From positions 1,393-65,392 of the IMG/VR virus record IMGVR_UViG_3300025575_000014: a DNA stretch of 64,000 bases; one strand, written 5' to 3'. This stretch comes from a virus (taxonomy: Duplodnaviria > Caudoviricetes). The translations under genes were made by a program, and so were the position numbers. Below the pieces are notes generated by a model. That model did no database searches, was not told the DNA's origin, and was given only the letters and a program-made list of their open reading frames with translations. Below, piece after piece: positions 1 to 9,213 of this stretch; the stretch's first letter is position 1, and each line of letters opens with the position of its first letter.

Positions 1-992
1 TTTTGAGGTTGCTCGCCATTAGTCTGACCGTCTAATTGATTAGGTTCTTGTGAAGGTTGTTGACCTTCTGATACTGGCATTGAATCTGTTGGTTGTGTAG
101 GTTCTGCCTGTTCAACATCTAATGTTTCCATATCTTCAATGTTGCCAGCTTCATCCCTTGGATAATAAAACTTAGGTAAATCCCTTATGATAATTTCGTT
201 TGCCCATGTTAACAGGCTAACTTCGTTATCTTTATCTTTATACCAACACTCTACGACACTTACCATATCTTCTGTTTTACTTTTGCTTTCTTCTCCGAAA
301 TTCTCTAAGTCTCCATATTCTGAACCTTCATTAGATAACTTACTTCTAAATTCTTCACCGTAAATTCTGCAAACTTGATCTAATGTTTTATTTTCTATCT
401 GAAAACAATAGTCCATGTCTTCAATCTTGATTACATTCGGTTGAGGAATAAAGTTAATAGGATGAGGATTAGTTGTTTCAAGTCTACCTCTATACGTGTG
501 ACCATTATAATCGGGATTAAATGAAACTTTGAGGATAGACATACCATTCTTTTTAGTAATACGTTCATTCTCGCTGACCATCTTTTGTAAGTTAGAACCT
601 TCACTCATATATGTTAGCATGCCCTCTATCATCTTTCGATTCTCCATACCATCAGCAGATTCTATTGCTGATACCGCTGGTTTAGGTACTGCAACATCAA
701 TTGTTCCTTCTATCAATTGCATTGTTATGTTTACATTACTATCTAATTCCTCTGCAGAACTTAATTCCTTTCTACTGGACATGAAACCTTTTATTTTTGT
801 ATCTTCTCTAGCATCGTGATATTGTGCATCCCATAAATTGCTATAAGCCCTGAAAGAAGAATGAGAGGACATTGCTTCGTTGAGTTTCCGTTTCCATCCT
901 AAAAGTTTATCATTAGTTTCTTTTTTCTCTTTAACATCTGCTTGCTTACCTTTGATTTTTTTAACGATTTTCTTTACTAAATTATCTGCCAC
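1..992 (-). CDS. Portal protein, N-terminal ~330 aa (runs off window start)
   Basis: Manual translation from GTG at 992 after GGGTGA RBS: MADNLVKKIVKKIKGKQ...NITMQLIEGTIDVAVPKP...NPHPINFIPQPN...VVECWYKD; open to position 1; lies downstream of terL. Confidence 0.8.
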   Translation of the reverse strand, partial: MADNLVKKIVKKIKGKQADVKEKKETNDKLLGWKRKLNEAMSSHSSFRAYSNLWDAQYHDAREDTKIKGFMSSRKELSSAEELDSNVNITMQLIEGTIDVAVPKPAVSAIESADGMENRKMIEGMLTYMSEGSNLQKMVSENERITKKNGMSILKVSFNPDYNGHTYRGRLETTNPHPINFIPQPNVIKIEDMDYCFQIENKTLDQVCRIYGEEFRSKLSNEGSEYGDLENFGEESKSKTEDMVSVVECWYKDKDNEVSLLTWANEIIIRDLPKFYYPRDEAGNIEDMETLDVEQAEPTQPTDSMPVSEGQQPSQEPNQLDGQTNGEQPQ

Positions 993-1029
993 TTTATCAC
1001 CCGCTTTCTTTTAGGATTATGTTAATTTT

Positions 1030-1191
1030 CTATTTCTTCTTCCTGAGTGCTTTGAAGCTTTCTATAAGACGTTTATCTTGTTTGTAAGTACAGAAGCTAT
1101 ATAATAATCCTATTATAAAAATTACTAACCACAACCACCAATACTTAATAAGCAACTCGCCTTGCGTTAGGTGTATGAAATCATTTAACAT
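1030..1191 (-). CDS. 53-aa single-TM membrane protein
   Basis: Manual ORF MLNDFIHLTQGELLIKYWWLWLVIFIIGLLYSFCTYKQDKRLIESFKALRKKK; overlaps the stop of the upstream gene. Confidence 0.6.
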   Translation of the reverse strand: MLNDFIHLTQGELLIKYWWLWLVIFIIGLLYSFCTYKQDKRLIESFKALRKKK

Positions 1192-1423
1192 TTAATCGCC
1201 TGCCATTTATGTGTTTATCTATAAAACCTATAAATAAAATAGCTCCTAGTATTTTGATACCATTAAACCCATTTCTCATTGTTATATTAATGTTAATGTT
1301 AAAAATAGCAATACTAGCTACGACGGTAACAAAAACAAAAAGTCCAGTAAAAAAGAACCCTAATAAATTTTTTAATATCTTCTTTAACAATATATCGCCT
1401 ACTTCCAGAAAAATTATGTGCAT
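1181..1423 (-). CDS. Small two-TM membrane protein (probable TTG start at 1390)
   Basis: Two hydrophobic segments; co-oriented with neighbours. Confidence 0.55.
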   Translation of the reverse strand: MHIIFLEVGDILLKKILKNLLGFFFTGLFVFVTVVASIAIFNININITMRNGFNGIKILGAILFIGFIDKHINGRRLNVK

Positions 1424-1465
1424 GGATAAACCATATTTGTTGCTTATGTTATAAAGTCTATACTT

Positions 1466-1912
1466 TTAAGCTCTATTTGTTATTTCATCTTTATACCAAC
1501 TAGGTTTACCATCTTTAATCAGTAACTTTAAATTTCGCATTATATTTATAGCAACATCACAAGCCTCATCATCAACAATAGTAGTTTTAAAATTAGCCAT
1601 GATGTAATCCGCTAATTTATCTATTTGTTCTTTCTTTTCATCTTTTAGTTGTTCCTCGCAATCAACTTGAATATTTCTTCTGCCAACTATTTTATTGTTG
1701 TAAGCGGTTGTTATATCTGAATGTGATAGAATTTGTTTTTCTGTTGGTTCCTCGAATATCTTTTTCAGAGAGTTATATATTCTTGATTGTGTTTGGTCGC
1801 ATTTTTCTCTACCTTGAACTTTCTCTTTAGCTAATAGATAAATGCTCAACAATTCCGATTCATCCATTGCCACATTATAATTAACTACTGTACTTAATTT
1901 TTCAACTTTCAT
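1466..1912 (-). CDS. Hypothetical protein
   Basis: 148-aa ORF with AAAGGGGTG RBS. Confidence 0.75.
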   Translation of the reverse strand: MKVEKLSTVVNYNVAMDESELLSIYLLAKEKVQGREKCDQTQSRIYNSLKKIFEEPTEKQILSHSDITTAYNNKIVGRRNIQVDCEEQLKDEKKEQIDKLADYIMANFKTTIVDDEACDVAINIMRNLKLLIKDGKPSWYKDEITNRA

Positions 1913-2138
1913 ACAAATACACCCCTTTAATTAATATTTTACCCTCACCATTTGCCCTAGAATCCATTGTTAGCGTACAACCTTTATGGTTATACCTTCA
2001 AAATTCTATTCTTGCGGTGGAGGTATGCCACTAAACCCTTTAAACTAGCCATTCTATTTTTAACAATATTTACAACAAAATCTATAAATTATCGCACATC
2101 TATGTAGTGAGAACTAGCTATGCTTTATGTAAATGCGC

Positions 2139-4007
2139 TTATTGTCTACGTGCTAAGTAATCTTCCATTGCTTTCGGATCAGCAAGTAAGTCCGCTTTTA
2201 AATCCTCTGGAAGTTTATCTAAGAATGATAAATCCTTGGTGCGTGTAATGTATTTAATTTGTTGCGCCCTAGCTTCTTCAGCTATCATGTCACTAAATAA
2301 TATATCATCGTGCTTTCCAGACTCCGCATCAGGTCTACCCTCTTTATTGATAAAGGTTAAGCATTCATTTAAAAAATCAATGTCATTGAACGAATCAATA
2401 TTATCTCGAATCAAAACAACTTCTCTGTCTATAATTAATGGCCTTGTATTTCCATCTGTCTTAAATCCATATTTACGTTGATATTCACCACTTATACTGT
2501 CATATCTCTTACGAATATATTGTTTATGATAACCCAACCGTTTAAGTTCTTCTATCGGGAATGTATTAAAATTACTCTCTATGCTTATGAGAGCATGGTT
2601 GTAATACTGTCCGATACAATAACATTGGTGTGCGTATGTGTCAGATTCCATGTAAGCGTGAAGCGTTAAGCATCTGTTACCAGTAATGTTATTGATAACC
2701 GTACCTGTAAAGTAATCCGAACCTTCGCCCTTAGTATCCCCACCAAGCACATACGGATAACCAGCAATACATTCTTCATATAATTTAATGTAACCATTGC
2801 TGCTTTCAACAAACTTAATTGTCTTATCCTTAATCTTATTCTTAGTGATTGCATCATCCCACTCAAAAACAAACGAACCTACTTTATAAGGTTTTTCAGC
2901 ATACTTGGACTTAAGTACCATCTTACGTAATACAATTTTTTCTTTATCGAATATACATAAGCCACTAGCAATAAACGCTTCATCTGCAGAACAAGGATAT
3001 TCTTGCTTCATATCACCTTTAAAATCTTTCCATTGGTTAAAATACCAATATAACTGATTAAAATTGAGCTTTACGTTATCGAGCAACCACTTACACCTAT
3101 AGTAAGCCCACTTTTCGTTTTCTACATCTGTGTTTTCTTCTGCATTTGTAATGTTACTCTTAAAATTAGCTTCTGTAATATCACTCTCAAAGTTTTCTAC
3201 ATATTCAGGAGTGTCCCACCATTCAAAGAATAAACATTCCCAATTGTTGTTCTCTTCCCATAATTCGAAAAACTCATTGATACCATTTGCGGTGCTCTCA
3301 AGCACTTTGATTGAATTTTTAGTAAGTGCAGGTTTAAGACCAGTTAAAATACTTTTAAGATTTAACCAGAAACCGCATTCACTACCATGAAAGAAATTAA
3401 GTGTTTTTGACCTACCAGCATTTTTACTGCCTGCGGTGCTTACTCTCCATCTGCTATTAAGCTTTTCAAAGTGCAACTCTCGCCTATTGTTGTATTTTTC
3501 TGTTGGTTTTAGTTGAATCGGTAAAGTATCATAAGGAAATTTTGCCTTATCACTAAATATAGCTTCCGTATTGTCCTTTTCATCTGCTAGTGTGAAGCCC
3601 GAAAAGTTGCGTTGAGTAATACTGCATGCTAATTGATAAGCGGTTATAATACTCGTAAAACCCTGCTGGCGACCTTTGAGTATGAGAAAATTAAGATATA
3701 ATCTTTTCCCATTGTTAAAATCATCTTTTGCAACATTTAGTATATCCAAGAATTTAACCTGGACCATATTAATAAAGAATGGTACTGTCTCCTGTTTTTT
3801 ATTTACAATGACAAAACACATCTCAATTAAAAATTCTGGATTGGTTTTAATTTCAACTCTAAGGTCAGCTCCATTTCCACCAACAATATATTCCGCAATT
3901 GCAGCTACAAACATATTGTCTTTATCAATATCCTTATACCTGGACCACATCTGTTTACGTTTTTTAATTATATCTAAAGCTTTCATACAATCACCTTTTC
4001 TATCCAT
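2139..4007 (-). CDS. terL: Terminase large subunit (probable start 3986, MKALDII)
   Basis: Walker A LKGRQQGFTS, Walker B FFHGSE, motif III ESTANG, RNase H-like nuclease residues VLGGDTKGEGSDY and HDDILFS. Confidence 0.93.
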   Translation of the reverse strand: MDRKGDCMKALDIIKKRKQMWSRYKDIDKDNMFVAAIAEYIVGGNGADLRVEIKTNPEFLIEMCFVIVNKKQETVPFFINMVQVKFLDILNVAKDDFNNGKRLYLNFLILKGRQQGFTSIITAYQLACSITQRNFSGFTLADEKDNTEAIFSDKAKFPYDTLPIQLKPTEKYNNRRELHFEKLNSRWRVSTAGSKNAGRSKTLNFFHGSECGFWLNLKSILTGLKPALTKNSIKVLESTANGINEFFELWEENNNWECLFFEWWDTPEYVENFESDITEANFKSNITNAEENTDVENEKWAYYRCKWLLDNVKLNFNQLYWYFNQWKDFKGDMKQEYPCSADEAFIASGLCIFDKEKIVLRKMVLKSKYAEKPYKVGSFVFEWDDAITKNKIKDKTIKFVESSNGYIKLYEECIAGYPYVLGGDTKGEGSDYFTGTVINNITGNRCLTLHAYMESDTYAHQCYCIGQYYNHALISIESNFNTFPIEELKRLGYHKQYIRKRYDSISGEYQRKYGFKTDGNTRPLIIDREVVLIRDNIDSFNDIDFLNECLTFINKEGRPDAESGKHDDILFSDMIAEEARAQQIKYITRTKDLSFLDKLPEDLKADLLADPKAMEDYLARRQ

Positions 4008-4214
4008 TATGTTAAATTGGATTATACATTTATATATGTTATGTTAAATTTAACTACAAGTATTATAGCCATATTTAACTAAACCTAGTTATGCCAACGT
4101 TTATAGAACATTGACCAGTTTAACACAATATCTATTAAGTTAAACTCGACACCCTCACCATTTACCTTGTAATGAACTTTAAGTATGCAGCCCTTATAGT
4201 TGCACCCCTAATTA

Positions 4215-4818
4215 TGCAACCTTTTTAGTGCAACCTTTTTAGTGCAACCTTTTTTATTCTAAGTAATCTTCAAGTTTTCTACCAATAGTTGCATTTAGAT
4301 CGACTTCTTTACGTTCTCGCCATTCAGCTGGTTTTCTATTTGCAAGCCAAAACTTTATAGCGGTTACGTCAGGTGATAAATGTTTAGTTACTACTTTAGT
4401 AACTGCAATTTTATGGTTACCCTCATCATCTCTAATTGCTTTACCATCTGGGTTATACAAGGGTTCTTCTGTAATCTCCTTGTATGTATAGCCCTGCGCT
4501 TTCTTATATAGTGCATTCTCTATAATGATGTCCGTTACTTCCTTGCCAAACTTAAAAGCGTTAGCCAACTCGATATGTTTATTCTTATAATCATACAAAG
4601 TCGCAACATTAATACCTAAGTTATCTGCAACCTGTTTATTAGATAATCCATTTCTTACCCACGCTTCTATTAATGTAAGTTTTTCTCTAATCTCTGGCCA
4701 TCTACTTCTATTACCTACTGGGTTTGAAGGTGCAACTATTATCTCTACAGGTGCAACCTTTTGTGCAACCTTTTCGATTCTAATTGTTTTTACAGGTGCA
4801 ACCTTTTTAGCTGCAACC
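4215..4818 (+). repeat. Cluster of eight TGCAACC repeats in and just downstream of terS, including a 14-bp tandem TGCAACCTTTTTAG x3
   Basis: Copies at 4215, 4229, 4243, 4626, 4752, 4764, 4797, 4812. Confidence 0.9.
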
Positions 4819-4964
4819 TTTTCACCTCTCAACCAGTTCTCTCTATGTTTCCAACTCTTTAAAGTATTAACACCAATACCATACTTACTTGCTATATCCT
4901 TATATGTCATGCCTTGCTTATAGTCTTTGCCTGCTTGCTCTCTCACATCTGACATAGTATTCAC
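4254..4964 (-). CDS. terS: Terminase small subunit (probable start 4955)
   Basis: Two HTH segments (GMTYKDIASKYGIGVNTLKSWK; GLSNKQVADNLGINVATLYDYK), IENALYKKAQG and PDVTAIKFWLANRKPAEWR motifs; directly upstream of terL. Confidence 0.88.
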   Translation of the reverse strand: MNTMSDVREQAGKDYKQGMTYKDIASKYGIGVNTLKSWKHRENWLRGEKVAAKKVAPVKTIRIEKVAQKVAPVEIIVAPSNPVGNRSRWPEIREKLTLIEAWVRNGLSNKQVADNLGINVATLYDYKNKHIELANAFKFGKEVTDIIIENALYKKAQGYTYKEITEEPLYNPDGKAIRDDEGNHKIAVTKVVTKHLSPDVTAIKFWLANRKPAEWRERKEVDLNATIGRKLEDYLE

Positions 4965-5030
4965 TTCCTTACTCTGCGATCACACCCTTATGCTAATTGC
5001 TTTAATCGTATTTATATCCACCCACACATA

Positions 5031-5063
5031 AAAATAAGCACCCATTAAATTAATAACGAGTGC
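5031..5063 (-). terminator. Intrinsic terminator between late promoter and terS
   Basis: GCACTCGTT-loop-AATGGGTGC followed by TTATTTT on the minus strand. Confidence 0.6.
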
Positions 5064-5098
5064 TTTGTCCTAGGGGGACTATATATTTATATAACTAA

Positions 5099-5128
5099 AT
5101 TATACCATATTGATTTCAACGTAGTGAA
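5099..5128 (-). promoter_or_regulatory. Extended -10 promoter upstream of terS (putative late promoter)
   Basis: TGG-TATAAT (minus strand, -10 at 5099-5104). Confidence 0.55.
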
Positions 5129-5204
5129 TAAATTTCCATACAATTTTTATACAATATTTACACAATAAAAAGCAAAGTGCAAAATATGCCCAATGCTAAT
5201 TGAT

Positions 5205-5570
5205 TCATATTAAGATTTTAAATATATTCGTTATATCAGCACCGTACTTTTTAGTTACTTCTATTAGTTTTTTAAATTTAAGCTCATACATCTCCATCGG
5301 GTTTTCTTTAAATATCCCTCTTTTATTTTTACACATAATTTCAAACTCAAACATCCCAAATTCTTTTTCCCAAGGCTTTTCATCATCAAAATTCATATAT
5401 TTTTCATAGCCTTTCCCATCCTCTAAAATAATAAACTGATTTAGTTTAACAAATTCACTTCCGATGTTTATTATCGAATGTCCTTCACCATTATCATTTT
5501 TTATAACAGTTTTTTTATTCTTTATCATTTTAACACCCCTTTTATAATAATGGCGGTTTAGGTCCGCCAA
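5205..5570 (-). CDS. Hypothetical protein (probable start 5528)
   Basis: AAAGGGGTG RBS before MIKNKK. Confidence 0.7.
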   Translation of the reverse strand: MADLNRHYYKRGVKMIKNKKTVIKNDNGEGHSIINIGSEFVKLNQFIILEDGKGYEKYMNFDDEKPWEKEFGMFEFEIMCKNKRGIFKENPMEMYELKFKKLIEVTKKYGADITNIFKILI

Positions 5571-5582
5571 CCTTATCTGCTA

Positions 5583-6038
5583 TTAAGTCAATAAAGGTTT
5601 GCCATGTCCTCTGAATATTTGACTACCATGTAATTCCCTTATCTTATCCATGCTTAACTCTTTATAATGCTTCTTTGCTGAATCTCCTAGACTCCATGCT
5701 ATTTTTTTCTTTCTCCATCTAAATCCTAACTCTTTAAATATTGTTGTAAAAGGTTTTGTATTTCCTGTTAGCCATATCCAACTACCGCATATTTCAATTT
5801 CTAATCCTTCACAGTTAATCAGTTTTTCGATTACGTCCTTGAAGTTCTCTGCATATTCATATTCGCTATAATCTACATTTGCAGTATCTTTTAATGTCTT
5901 GAGCAATTCATCATACTCACCGTTTAATGTTTGCATCGCTTCAAGTGTGCCACCCTTATCCGGGTGATGTAAGAAAGCTAATCTCCTGTACTCCGTTTTC
6001 AACTCTTCAATAGTTTTAATATTTTTTAAGAATTTCAT
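5583..6038 (-). CDS. J-domain (DnaJ-like) protein
   Basis: ELKTEYRRLAFLHHPDKGG with intact HPD motif, plus an unrelated C-terminal domain. Confidence 0.85.
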   Translation of the reverse strand: MKFLKNIKTIEELKTEYRRLAFLHHPDKGGTLEAMQTLNGEYDELLKTLKDTANVDYSEYEYAENFKDVIEKLINCEGLEIEICGSWIWLTGNTKPFTTIFKELGFRWRKKKIAWSLGDSAKKHYKELSMDKIRELHGSQIFRGHGKPLLT

Positions 6039-6082
6039 AATTAATCCCCCTCAAGATTATTTAATAACTAACTTATATTCTT

Positions 6083-6111
6083 ATTGTATATCACATGACA
6101 TACATTGTCAA
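6083..6111 (-). promoter_or_regulatory. SigA promoter TTGACA-N17-TACAAT
   Basis: Near-consensus hexamers with 17-bp spacer; near-duplicate of 7220-7248. Confidence 0.85.
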
Positions 6112-6134
6112 CAATAATTTGGGTTATTTTTCAA

Positions 6135-6165
6135 AATAAAAAAAAGAAAGGTTTTACCCTTTCCC
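6135..6165 (-). terminator. Intrinsic terminator, repeat family shared with 27501 and 28557
   Basis: AAAGGG-TAAAA-CCTTT hairpin followed by a T run. Confidence 0.7.
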
Positions 6166-6339
6166 TTTCAGCTTTGCTATTATATGAGTTTGTGCATCTA
6201 ATATTATTATCATCCTTACATAGTTTGAAAGGTCAAGCCCTAGTTTAGCAGCTTGTTTTTCTCCCTGTTCTCTCATTTCTTTAGTCATCCTTATATTAAC
6301 TATTTCTTTTTTTGGTGAATCTTCTGTTTTAATTTTCAT
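6154..6339 (-). CDS. Ribbon-helix-helix (CopG/Arc-like) regulator
   Basis: EIVNIRMTKEMREQGEKQAAKLGLDLSNYVRMII fits the beta-alpha-alpha RHH pattern. Confidence 0.75.
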   Translation of the reverse strand: MKIKTEDSPKKEIVNIRMTKEMREQGEKQAAKLGLDLSNYVRMIIILDAQTHIIAKLKGKG

Positions 6340-6707
6340 TATGCTCCCTGCCCTTCTAACTCTATATATCTTACATTATCTATATTCCAGTTTAAATCAC
6401 TTGGTACATTGTCTTTATCAGCTCTTTCGTATAAATATTTATCTGTAGACATTCTTTCAATGTCGTTATCATAAACCCTAATGCAATGAGAAAACATATA
6501 ATTTTTAAGAGTTTCAAACCTTATAGTAGATTCTTCCTTTACAAATTCATTGCTTTTTATAAAATCATTTTTCTTGTCTTCGTTTATAAAGTAATAATAA
6601 AACCAATGGTCCATTTCCACACCGCCATCTGTGCCATACACCGAACACCCTACCTTAAATAATTCTTTCACATTTTGTTGCTCTAATACTTCGAGAAATG
6701 TTTTCAT
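6339..6707 (-). CDS. Hypothetical acidic protein
   Basis: 122-aa ORF with RBS, in a promoter/terminator-bounded cassette. Confidence 0.7.
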   Translation of the reverse strand: MKTFLEVLEQQNVKELFKVGCSVYGTDGGVEMDHWFYYYFINEDKKNDFIKSNEFVKEESTIRFETLKNYMFSHCIRVYDNDIERMSTDKYLYERADKDNVPSDLNWNIDNVRYIELEGQGA

Positions 6708-6745
6708 ATTAATATGCCCCTTTATAATTAGATTATTTTTTGATG

Positions 6746-7153
6746 TTATTTCCTATTAAAATTAATTTCGGTCCCTATTCTTTTAAAAGAAATTGCATTT
6801 GTATATGGTGTTGTATTTATGCTTATATTGTTTTCTCTTGCATACTTTATTGCGTCCTCTTCGCTTCTAAAGTCTGGGACATTTTCTAATGCTTTTTCTG
6901 TCTCTAAATTTTCAATGCAATATATTTTATCAAACATTCTCATTTTATTTGAATTTTTATAAATTTCATCTTTAAAGTTTGAAATGAAATTTATTTTACA
7001 CTGATCTTTGGATGATGTAGCGATATGAATTTTCACATTCCCTTTTACTGCGTGTATAAAATTATATTCAGGTGTTTTGCTATTCTCAATTTTAAATCCG
7101 TTTTCAATTGCAAGAGCTTTCATGATTTCAATTTTATTATTGTTATCAGTCAT
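6746..7153 (-). CDS. Hypothetical protein
   Basis: 135-aa ORF with AAAGGGGA RBS, first gene after promoter 7220-7248. Confidence 0.7.
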   Translation of the reverse strand: MTDNNNKIEIMKALAIENGFKIENSKTPEYNFIHAVKGNVKIHIATSSKDQCKINFISNFKDEIYKNSNKMRMFDKIYCIENLETEKALENVPDFRSEEDAIKYARENNISINTTPYTNAISFKRIGTEINFNRK

Positions 7154-7219
7154 TTTTACATATCCCCTTTAACTTTAATTTGTTGTACTTGCTGGCTTTG
7201 GTTAGCTTTCTATATTTAC

Positions 7220-7248
7220 ATTGTATATCACACGAAACACATTGTCAA
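7220..7248 (-). promoter_or_regulatory. SigA promoter TTGACA-N17-TACAAT
   Basis: 28/31 nt identical to 6083-6113. Confidence 0.85.
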
Positions 7249-7332
7249 CATTTATTTTAGATTTATTTTAATTATTTTTCTGCATAAAAAAGAGCAGGCA
7301 TTGAGTACCCACTCACTTCATTATATAGTCAT

Positions 7333-8148
7333 TTAATAATTACTTTGTTTAGGATTTGGCACTTCAAAATATCTATGTGATGATTCTATAAAGCTTAATA
7401 TATTACCAGTATTGCCCTTAGGTAAATTTTCAAAATGTAATACTGTCTGTTCCTCAAAGTATTCTTCATCTATCCCGTATTCTTCTAAGCTATTGATCCA
7501 TCCTAATATTTCATCAAGTTTTGATTCTTTAATCTTCATATGTTCTTTTCCTATTTCTCTTTTGAAATAAAAGCTATAGGTTTTTAAAAATGTGACGTCA
7601 TTTGGTAAAATGATGTATCTTTCATTAGTATTATTTGGTTTAGTATTTTTAACCTTAGTATTATTTACACTCCCATTTGTAAGAATTGATTCTGCATTAT
7701 TAGCGTTTTTTATTCCTCCCAAAATGCGTAATTTAGATATGTCAGCACTTGTGGCTAGTTTTTTCTCTAATAATTCTCTCGTGTTTCTACCACTTTCGAT
7801 ATATTCTAATAACAATTCAGGGTTTTCAATTATTTTAAAGTATCTTTTAGGTGGTATCCCTTTAACTTTATATTTTATTAATTTTAATTTTTGCAAATTT
7901 TTAATAACCGTTCTTTGCACTTTTTCACCTAAACTAGTATCGAGTAATAAATTATCTACAGTATTAAAAAAGTAACCATCATCTGTTAAACTTTCTCTTA
8001 TGTTAAAATAATTATATTTCGCTATCAGTTCTGTATAGATAATCGCTTCATTCATGCCTAGCGAAAACATGAGATTCTTATTAATTACGACACTTCCATC
8101 TGCTCTGATTAAATCATAAATCGGACTTAAATTTTTCAATTTTACCAT
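7333..8148 (-). CDS. Replication-initiator-like winged-HTH protein (Rep)
   Basis: N-terminus VINKNLMFSLGMNEAIIYTELI...DGYFFNTVDNLLLDTSLGEKVQRTVIKNL...KGIPPKRYF is typical of Firmicute phage/plasmid initiators; low-complexity N/T/K linker. Confidence 0.65.
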   Translation of the reverse strand: MVKLKNLSPIYDLIRADGSVVINKNLMFSLGMNEAIIYTELIAKYNYFNIRESLTDDGYFFNTVDNLLLDTSLGEKVQRTVIKNLQKLKLIKYKVKGIPPKRYFKIIENPELLLEYIESGRNTRELLEKKLATSADISKLRILGGIKNANNAESILTNGSVNNTKVKNTKPNNTNERYIILPNDVTFLKTYSFYFKREIGKEHMKIKESKLDEILGWINSLEEYGIDEEYFEEQTVLHFENLPKGNTGNILSFIESSHRYFEVPNPKQSNY

Positions 8149-8190
8149 CTCCCATTGTATATTTACGGAGACTTATGATATAATAAAGAT

Positions 8191-8245
8191 ACAATCTATT
8201 TCATAAATCGCCTAACGCCTATGTCCCCCAAAGATATAGGTTTTT
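8191..8245 (+). ncRNA. Putative antisense countertranscript to the rep leader
   Basis: Plus-strand TTGTAT-N18-(TG)a-TATAAT at 8155-8184, then terminator CCTATGTC-ccccaaa-GATATAGG-TTTTT at 8218-8245; lies inside the leader of the rep mRNA (-10 at 8260-8265). Confidence 0.6.
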
Positions 8246-8326
8246 CCGTTCCTATGTATATTATACCACTTCGTTGATTCGATTTATATTAAAATCAAAC
8301 AAAAGGACACTAATCAAATAGTATCC

Positions 8327-8746
8327 TCACTTCATTATTTTACACAATTTTTCGATCGCTTTCCTGGCTACTCGTACAACATCACCTGTCTCATGTTTTA
8401 ATTCTACTCTCGTAGCCCTCCAAGTGTTGTTGTTAGCGTACTTTAATTCTAATACTTTCAACTCAGTTTTATCCAGTAGTTTCATCGCTTCATCTAATCT
8501 TTTGATTTGAGTTTCTAGTGATATTTTATCTATTTCGAGCATAGCTTCATCGGCCATATTTTGATATGCGTATTGTTCTGTTGTATTAGATATGTTGCTA
8601 GTTTGCACCCTCTCGTCAAAACTTGTGCTTTGAATGCTCATACTTCCTATTGTTTGCACTTCTTCAATTTGTAGCTTTTTATCCTCTATTTCCGCAAGTA
8701 TATACTTCCTGTTTTTTATAAGTTGTATAACGTCTTTTTCTTTCAT
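8327..8746 (-). CDS. ArpU/RinA-family late transcriptional activator
   Basis: ~140 aa; coiled-coil N-terminus, ERVQTSNISNTTEQ motif and C-terminal LLDKTELKVLELKY-HTH. Confidence 0.75.
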   Translation of the reverse strand: MKEKDVIQLIKNRKYILAEIEDKKLQIEEVQTIGSMSIQSTSFDERVQTSNISNTTEQYAYQNMADEAMLEIDKISLETQIKRLDEAMKLLDKTELKVLELKYANNNTWRATRVELKHETGDVVRVARKAIEKLCKIMK

Positions 8747-8997
8747 TATTGAACCCTCTTATATTTCAGTTTTGTAGTTTCGCCACCTCGTTCACTTCTA
8801 TGTTCTTTGTTCATCATTATGATTTGTTTAACTTTTATAGCATCTTGAGGATTTATTTCCAGTAGTCTTTCCCTCATGTCTTTGTGTACTGTAGACCTTG
8901 AAACTCCAAATATCTTTGATGCAACTCTGATCGTGCATTTAGTTTCAATCATGTGTTCAGCGATTCCTTTTGCTCTAGCTTCTATATATTCTTTCAT
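8746..8997 (-). CDS. spoIIID: Sporulation transcription regulator SpoIIID homologue
   Basis: MKEYIEARA...TIRVASKIFGVSRSTVHKDMRERLLEINP...NKEHRSERGGETTKLKY closely follows the SpoIIID signature (GVSKSTVHKD...RHIRGGEATK). Confidence 0.92.
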   Translation of the reverse strand: MKEYIEARAKGIAEHMIETKCTIRVASKIFGVSRSTVHKDMRERLLEINPQDAIKVKQIIMMNKEHRSERGGETTKLKYKRVQ

Positions 8998-9006
8998 CGT
9001 TGCCCC

Positions 9007-9213
9007 CTACTTTTTAATAACATGTGTCCTGCGTTTATTTTTTCCGACAGCGGAAATCGTATAATTTTTATATATATCATCACGTTTTCTCTTTTCCGCT
9101 GCTTTTAACCTCGATATATGTGTATGTGTAATTAAACTTAAAAGCTCCCAATCTTTATTTTTACTAGCTTCATCTATTAATTCGATTTCCTCGGTAGTTA
9201 GAAAATCTTTCAT
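9007..9213 (-). CDS. Hypothetical protein
   Basis: 68-aa ORF translationally coupled to its neighbours. Confidence 0.6.
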   Translation of the reverse strand: MKDFLTTEEIELIDEASKNKDWELLSLITHTHISRLKAAEKRKRDDIYKNYTISAVGKNKRRTHVIKK

